From Eledone cirrhosa (Eukaryota), in NCBI GenBank assembly GCA_964016885.1, contig OZ024740.1, positions 133,672,001 to 133,736,000 of the forward strand: a stretch of DNA of 64,000 bases, written 5' to 3'. The notes under the pieces are model-generated. The model did not search any database. It was given only the letters and a program-made list of their open reading frames with translations, and was not told the DNA's origin. Positions 55,801 to 64,000 of the stretch are shown here, piece after piece. Both the position numbers and the translations under genes were made by a program. Position 1 is the first letter of the stretch; the number at the start of each line of letters is the position of its first letter.

Positions 55801-55911
55801 GAAAGGTATAGAAAGCATTGTAGCAAAAAGCCAACAGTATTCCATAATATATATAAATGAGACTATAGAAAGCATTGTAGCAAAAAGCCAACAGTATTCC
55901 ATAATATATAA
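55796..55911. repeat. ~57-bp direct tandem duplication
   Basis: TATAGAAAGCATTGTAGCAAAAAGCCAACAGTATTCCATAATATATA occurs twice. Confidence 0.9.
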
Positions 55912-56216
55912 GTCACTATAGCGTCAAAATGTGAAAAATAGTTAACGTAAGATGTGGGAAAAATAATTCAAACTCTTCTCAAAGAGAATCAGGATATAGA
56001 TTCATCCACAGAATTTAGTGAAATCCAGGGAAAAATCAATCGAGCCTTAACTCATGATAAAATAAAGTTTAAAATACTCATCCTTCAATTTGGAAAAACT
56101 TCAAATGCTCTGTATAGTCTTAAAGACTATTTCACGAAAACTTTCACTGGAGATGGTCACGGTTGGAATTCGATCCTCAGCAGAGCTCAACTCGATAACC
56201 AAGATTCTCACAGATT

Positions 56217-56398
56217 AATTGTTTCTACTTTAGGCACAAGGCCAGCAATTACCCAGTGCATTACTGGTACTTTATTTTATCGACCCCGTAAGAATGAAAG
56301 GCAAAGTCAACCTCGGCGGGATTTGAACTCAGATCGTAAAGGGACGTAACTATGCTGGAAAGCATGGCGTCCGACCCTCTACCGATACTGCCAATCCA
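56217..56398 (-). mobile_element. tRNA-derived SINE
   Basis: Closely matches 27036-27227 and 40408-40597. Confidence 0.9.
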
Positions 56399-56614
56399 TG
56401 CCAAAAAGGGAATTTAAAACAGGCTAGTTCACCATCATGCGTGATTATGAAAAATAAAACGCACATGAGGAAAGACAGGGCTGGTGACGTCAGAATGAGA
56501 CGAATGTTTGTTTACAAGAAACAACAGTCAAAAAACATTCCGAAAAAAACTCTACAATAAGGAGTTCAGGAAAAAGCAATATTATCGCGGTTTTATATAT
56601 ATATATATATATAT

Positions 56615-56941
56615 ATTGTTATACTTTGGGAGGGTCATGTTGCCAATAAGAAACACACGCACCAGTTGCTTTCACTTCAATTTAATTTATTATATATTTA
56701 TAAATTTACAAATTTATAAATTTCTGGTTGGTTGGTTGGTTCCACAACCAGATAGTTGTTTATATATATATAGTCATAGTTCTTTCGTCACACACTCTGT
56801 GACCTCTTCAGTGACTGGGGATTTCTTTCTTCGCTTCTGTGCCTTTCCTTTCTTCTATCCTACGCCATTTTATGTAAAATGGCGTAGGATAGAAGCGTGT
56901 GTTTCTTATTGGCAACATGACCCTCCCAAAGTATAACAATA
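56615..56941. repeat. Asymmetric fold-back element: 46-bp terminal inverted arms, an internal hammerhead and a ~20-bp perfect hairpin at the inversion point
   Basis: 56615-56660 pairs with 56895-56941; CTTCTATCCTACGCCATTTT..AAAATGGCGTAGGATAGAAG lies at ~56852-56895. Confidence 0.88.
56772..56816 (-). ncRNA. Minimal type I hammerhead
   Basis: Reverse complement reads AGTCA-CTGAAGA-G GTCACA GAGTG TGTGAC-GAAA-GAAC-TA-TGACT. Confidence 0.78.
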
Positions 56942-56969
56942 TCGGTTTCAACACACGATTTCAGATAAA

Positions 56970-57005
<36 letters not shown>

Positions 57006-57091
57006 CACCTTCAAAACTAATTGATTTGGCAGATGCCGTTAACCTGTTGGTGTCAAACATTATTTAGTCAGTAGTTCGTGTGTATGTGTAA

Positions 57092-57158
<67 letters not shown>

Positions 57159-57159
57159 A

Positions 57160-58156
<997 letters not shown>

Positions 58157-58159
58157 CAT

Positions 58160-61100
58160 ATGAAAGATTTAACTGTGTTTACAAGAAACTGCGACCAATC
58201 CTTTTAAAATACCCGATTATCGCATGCCCATATATGGAATTAGCCCTTGAAAAGCTTGGCTATATCATTACCACGCTAAAAATGTAATTTAGTCCAGAAA
58301 TAGCCGTCGAAACGGCTTGAGCTCTGGGGGTAATGAACTTTTTCCTATTACCCACTCTACTACACAAAGTATCGAGTGCGTTATGGTCCACCTGGTTCCT
58401 GCAGAAACAACATCTGAATATTTCTACAAAGAACATACCCGTACCATGGAGGAACACATACCTAAAACTCCTGATACAGAAAACAGACGCGTTCATTAAA
58501 AGGTTGCGTTGGCGTGCCTTTTATTTCGATAATCAGGGAAAAGCAGACAACAAACAGGATAAATTTGGGTTTAAAACCGATAATAACCCTCCGTGTAACC
58601 CAGCATTGCTACCCTTCGAAAATAATGTCTTGGAATTCATACGGAGTATCAAATTTCGGAATTGGAGCAATTCCTTCCAGCAGGACTTGAAGAATAGAAT
58701 TCGTTCTATTAAGGTTTCTAATGACGTTGACGACCCTTCCGACAAACTGGCAACCTATATCAAGTGGAGCGCAGTACTTACCATCAACTACTACATAATG
58801 CTGTAAATAAGGATTACCGTAAAACTAATCGGTGCGTCATTAATGAAATCAACGATGCTGGGTTTAAAATCACCTCTGATCTCAATATGCTGGACCGGAC
58901 CGAACCTCTGGACCCTATTTCTCCCCCACTTTACCCTGAAGGATCACAAATCCAATTTTCCGAACAACCCCTCTATTCGGCTTATTAACCCTATGAAGTC
59001 CGATTTAGGTAGACTTAGTAAAAGGATTCTTGATAGAATGAAACCTGAAATTAGAAGTTTGGCCCCTCTTGCACTGTGGAACAATTCTTTCGCGGTGATT
59101 GATTGGTTCAACGGCATATGCAACAAGGAACATTGCCGTTTTATCCAATTCGACATCAATAATTACTACTCCTCCATCACTTTACCACTTCTCCTTAGAG
59201 CTATCAATTTCACTAAAACACTCACAGTGGTTAAGGATTTCGAAGTTGATATCATCCTCAATGCCCATAAGTCGGTGATTAATTTCGACGACTCTATTTG
59301 GATTAAACAATCTAATAGTACCCCATTCGACGTGAGTATGGGCGTTTCTGCGGAGGTTACTGATCTTATCGGCCTTTTCCTTCTTTTCTCTCTCAAGGAC
59401 GAATTCCCCAACCTGGGCGGTGGTTTGTACCGTGATGATGGTCTTTTGACCATGACTAAGTGCGGCCCACGTGCTTGCGACAGGTTCAGAAAAGAACTCA
59501 CAGCCTTCTTTAAAGGCTTCAACCTCTCTATACAAGTTGAGGCCAACCTCTCGGTCGTTAATTACCTCGACTTTACCCTCAATTTATCGAATGGCTTGTA
59601 TTCCCCGTATAGAAAGCCGAATGATACGCTTAATTGCATAAGTAAGCATTTTAACCATCCTGCCAGCATAACCAAGAACCTGGTAAGAAACGTTTATCTG
59701 AGGCTTTCCTGTCTATCTACTATAAGCATATTTTCAACGACCATTCCACATATTACAATGAAGCTCTTGCTCGGAGTGGATTTGTCGATAAGGTAGCATA
59801 TACAGAGTACGAGAATAGACCTAGAAGAAATAGATCCCGACGCATTATATGGTATAACCCACCATATAATATGGAGGTGGCCACACCATTAGCTAAGATC
59901 TTTCTCTCCCTTATTACGAAGCATTTTCCCCCTACACATAAATATAGTAACATTTTTAATAGAAATACTATTAAAATGTCTTACTCTATGACTCCTAACT
60001 TTGCACATAACATCACTGCTTCAAATTTAGCTAAACTACCTAGCCGTAGGAACACGTGCAACCCTGTAATTAGTACTAACTGTAATTATAGGAATCAGGT
60101 TGACTGCCCCCTCTCCGGGAAATGCCTCTCTAGTAACATTGTCTACAAATGTAAGGTTGAAACACCCACGTCCCGTAGGGCCTACATAGGGTTAACCGCC
60201 AATAGATTCAAGCAGCGTCTTTACATGCATACCCATTCTTTTCGTTACCCCCTAAGAAGGAATATGACGTCACTTTAAGCTTATATCTGGAGTCTAAAAG
60301 ACAACCACACCCAATATAAGTTACACTGGGAAACCTTAGCAAGGGCTAGATCGTATAACGGAAATAAAAGACCATGTGACCTCTGCGCCGCTGAGGCCCT
60401 GGAAATACTCTACGCCACAGACCACATCTTAAACAAAAAATCTGAGGCAATTTCGTCTTGTAAACATAAATTGCACAAAACCTTCCTGTATACAGCCCCA
60501 CATTATACCCTAACGGATAGTACGATCTATACGCGGATATTTTACGTCCTGATGTGGTAGCATAGGTATATGTTATGTTTATACCATACTTATTTGTATA
60601 GGTAAGTATATATTACCTGTATGTTTTGTGAAGGTACGTATACTTTCTCGTACGTATATTTGATTGTATATGTTATAGCGTATATTTTATATATTCTGGT
60701 ACATATGCTTTTTGTTATGTGTATACGTGAGTTTTGCGTCTGTGTGAGTATGCGGGTTCGTACGTATGTTGGGTGTGTGTATTTGTGTACTTCATGTTTT
60801 GGTTGACGTATGTCCCCGAGCATTTGTGTATTTACATGTAGGTATGTGTGTGCGCTTGTTATATACGTATTTATTTATTTATATACGTTTATTTAATTAT
60901 TTGTATACACGCACACACACACATACACACACACACATATATATATCTGTGCGTGTATTTGTATACCTATGACGAGTGTTTTCGCGTATGCTTGTGTATG
61001 TACGTATATGGATGCGTGTATGTATTTATTTAATTTCAATTACCTCTGTATTTTATGTAGTTTATTCTTAACTCTGAAGCCGAGAATCATTCGGTTTCCT

Positions 61101-61610
61101 AGTTATAATTTTAGTCTACGACTTCAGTTATACCATTTACGTGGTTTTGTCTTTGTGTGCAATTGTTCTCCACGCTCCACATATGACGTTTGTTTCCGTT
61201 CATTGCCAGAGAACGTCTCTATGAACCACCTTATAGAATATTATTCTACGACTTCTTTTATACCACAAACGTGGTTTTGTCTTTGCGTGTAATTGTTGTT
61301 CACCGCTCCAAATAATGACGTATTATATTCGTTATTTCCCGTTCTTTGCCAGGGAACGTTTCCACGAACCAAAGTATCGTCTTCCTGTCTTCCTCCGGTT
61401 GCAACGTTTTTTGAAATATTCACTTCTGCGTTCACAGACGGACTTTGTTAGTTTCAGAAGATCCCGTTAAGGGTGAAAGCAGCGATTCTTTGCTTAAACT
61501 TTAATCTGTTATTTTAATAAATATATGCTCTACGGTTCTTATATATTTGATATATATTTATCCTTATCGAGCCCTCTTTGGATTTTAGTCTTCAAATTTA
61601 TTATTATTAA
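58160..61610 (+). mobile_element. Near full-length decayed Penelope-like element (YRDDGL type)
   Basis: ORF remnants ~58410-60512: STKNIPVP..FIKRLRWRA, TLKDHK..RLINP.KSDLG, FIQFDINNYYSSIT, GLYRDDGL, WYNPPY, CPLSGKC..IVYKC..YIGLT. GT-rich 3' UTR with a ~130-bp duplication; (TA)n on both sides. Confidence 0.93.
61450..61500 (+). ncRNA. Hammerhead-like motif with CAGAAGA core
   Basis: AGTTT-CAGAAGA-T CCC GTTAA GGG T-GAAA-GCA GCGATTCTT TGC-TT-AAACT; the same core occurs in the copy at 53345-53395. Confidence 0.6.
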
Positions 61611-61861
61611 TATATATATACGCGTATATACATGCTTGTGTGTGTGTGTGTGTCTATATATGTATGTTTGCATGCATCAATGAATACACTAAGCTTTAGA
61701 TTTACTAGAATGTACAACCACTGATTCTAACTATTTGCACCATCATATATTTTGGTTTCTATTAATTCCCTGGGTATTGGTTGACCAAATGGTTTGCTTA
61801 ATTGTTTTATTTATTTTTTTTATATTTTATTCTTTTTCTTAGACTTCAGGAATTTTTGAAA

Positions 61862-61990
61862 GCTAAACGTTGGCCCCTAAAATCCGACAGCAGTCGGCCC
61901 TGCAATTCTACTGGGGGCCCTGCAATGCTAACGTGTCACCCCCGCCCCCCTGGGGCCCGCTTGCCATTGGGCAACCAGGCCGGTCCACCA

Positions 61991-61993
<3 letters not shown>
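61862..61993. mobile_element. GC-rich fragment resembling one end of a hAT-type DNA transposon
   Basis: Ends CCACCACTG (CAGTGGTGG on minus) with GGGGCCC subterminal motifs; no partner end found. Confidence 0.3.
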
Positions 61994-62075
<82 letters not shown>

Positions 62076-62117
62076 AAGCAATAAGATTTCACTCGCTTCA
62101 AGCATAGCTTTATACAA

Positions 62118-62554
62118 TATGTATAGAAATTTCGTATTTCGAAAGAAATACGATTTTAGGAACCCGTAGCTATGCGAACACCGGGGGTCTAATGCCCTCT
62201 GGTGTTGTCTAGCAGAAGCAAGGAGGACAACTGTCTATGCATTTCAGGCTTGACTGGCCATCGTCAGGACGACACTTCCCACTTCTCTGCGACTGCTGGA
62301 CTTGAAAACAGCCGTCTATGCATTTCAGGCTTACACAGACGAGAACACTAGATATGCTCGTCTGTTTTCAAGTCCAGCAGTCGCAGAGAAGTGGGTGGGA
62401 TCGTCCTGGCGATGACCAGTCAAGCCTGAAATGCATAGACGGATTCCCTCCTGCTTCTGCTGGACAACACCAGAGGGCGTTAGCCCCCCAGTGTACGCAT
62501 AGCTATGGCTTCCTAAAATCGTATTTCTTTCGAAATACGAAATTTCTATACATA
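62118..62554. repeat. Fold-back palindrome (~190-bp arms) with a hammerhead in each arm
   Basis: 62118-62311 pairs with 62362-62554. The centre holds an extra 21-bp HHR piece and the hairpin CAGACGAG..CTCGTCTG. Confidence 0.93.
62231..62272 (-). ncRNA. Minimal type I hammerhead (core-mutated twins at 62401-62442 + and 63716-63759 +)
   Basis: Reverse complement reads GTC-CTGACGA-T GGC CAGTCAA GCC T-GAAA-TGCA-TA-GAC, with palindromic ATGCAT stem III. Confidence 0.8.
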
Positions 62555-62558
62555 ATGT

Positions 62559-62834
62559 ACTAGACCTGAAAGATGCGCAAGCTCAAAAGAGCCACAGAAT
62601 GTTATAATAAACCTTCAAATTTGTGGGACTAGAGTTGTTGCTCAAAGATATTGTAATCATTATCTATCATACACTCTAGATGTATTTATTGTGATATTTT
62701 TATAAAGGATGCCACAGAATGTAGGATAGATAATGATTATAATATTTTTGCGCAACAACTCTAGTCCCACACTTTTGAAGGTTTATTATAACATTCTGCA
62801 GCTCTTTTGAGCTTGCGCATTTTTCAGGTCTAGT
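62559..62834. mobile_element. MITE-like hairpin element (~118-bp arms), no hammerhead seen
   Basis: ACTAGACCTGAAA...TTTCAGGTCTAGT termini; the arms are complementary over most of their length. Confidence 0.7.
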
Positions 62835-63647
62835 TTAATATTTTTTAAGGCAACGCTTATAATAACTCTAGTTAAACATGATATATATTAATAATAAATT
62901 ATCGTTGTAATGTATAATTGATTATATAATTGTTATTTTATAAATGATCTTATAAATATTATTGTAAGATGTATAAAAATATTTTCAGACTTTTAATATA
63001 AATAACTACAAAAAACAATCAATATTAAATAAATATATTTTACATAATAATTGTTATAGTTGAATTAAGAAAAATTAAATATTACATACAAATAGTCTAA
63101 CATAAAACGAACAATAATAAGGACAAATATACAAGTAAATATGATACAACCAATATTATAAGCATGTTATAACAAACTGAAAAAAAAAATAGTTAATATA
63201 AATTTAAAAAATAGTTAATATAAATTAACAATATAACTTACCAAAACGAACAAAATATTTTGATGATAAACGACGACATACAGGAGGAAGATTCGAAAGC
63301 GAAACGATAAATAAACGTGCAAACAACATGGCAGATGCTTTTGAGCAACAATTACTCTCGTTGGTTGATTAACCAATAAGACGATGAAATTAGCCAATAA
63401 AACGATATATTACAAAACATGTTTGGCGATCACCTCGGCCAGGGATCACCACGACCAGCAACACCCCTTGAATTTTTTTATTCACAAGCTACGCATATAT
63501 GTCAGACACGCAGACAAAACATTTTGTTGTTAGTCACTGCGTGTCTAACATATAATGTTATGCTACAAGCGAAATCCTATTTCTTTTCTATTATAAGTTG
63601 AGCCAACTTATGCAGCTTCATATGCAAATGAGATTAATCACCTCATT

Positions 63648-63857
63648 TACACAGACGAGAAAACTATATATTCACGGCTGTTTTCAAGTTCAGCAGTCGC
63701 AGAGCAGTGGGATGGATCGTCCTGACGATGGCCAGTCAAACCTGAGATGCATAGACGGTTGTCCCCCTTGCTTCTGATAGACAACACCAGAGGGCGTTAG
63801 CCCCCAGTGTTAGCATATCTACGGCTTCCTAAAATCGTATTTCTTTCGAAATACGAA

Positions 63858-63866
<9 letters not shown>
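63648..63866 (+). repeat. Third, unfolded copy of the HHR-bearing repeat at 62332-62554, ending in (TA)n
   Basis: Direct similarity from TTACACAGACGAG to GAAATACGAAATTTCTATA. Confidence 0.9.
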
Positions 63867-63921
<55 letters not shown>

Positions 63922-64000
63922 TGTTTGTTGAAAATAATCAAATTAAATTAATCCAACAGTTAAACACTAATAGAATAATAAGGTTGTTACCAAAGAGCCT

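Noticed and set aside
55954-56349. 131-aa ORF
   Set aside because: The last third is antisense SINE sequence and the rest has no recognisable domain.

Overview
AT-rich, microsatellite-dense animal DNA; the SINE types and (TA)n/(CA)n/(TAA)n load suggest an octopus or other cephalopod (inference). I cannot support any intact host gene. The window is mostly decayed retroelements in two groups. (1) A ~23.6 kb array at 15.3-38.9 kb holds three R4/Dong-like LINE pieces on +, six Tx1/L1-like copies on -, and one SINE, mostly joined through short (TAA)n runs. (2) Penelope-like elements (PLEs; RT + GIY-YIG) of at least three types, plus their terminal-repeat debris, sit mostly between (TA)n runs. Manual folding shows about 20 hammerhead ribozyme (HHR) motifs, intact or decayed. 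They include a 2.3-copy tandem array of ~430-bp units with one minimal HHR each (retrozyme-like), one canonical full-length HHR (39141-39222), and several fold-back palindromes with HHRs whose symmetry centres fall on pre-existing hairpins. There are also recurrent non-canonical HHR cores, a candidate HDV-like ribozyme ahead of a Dong ORF, and a TGA at the YLDD-C position of a Naiad-like PLE. All folds and alignments were done by eye, and coordinates are approximate to within a few bases.
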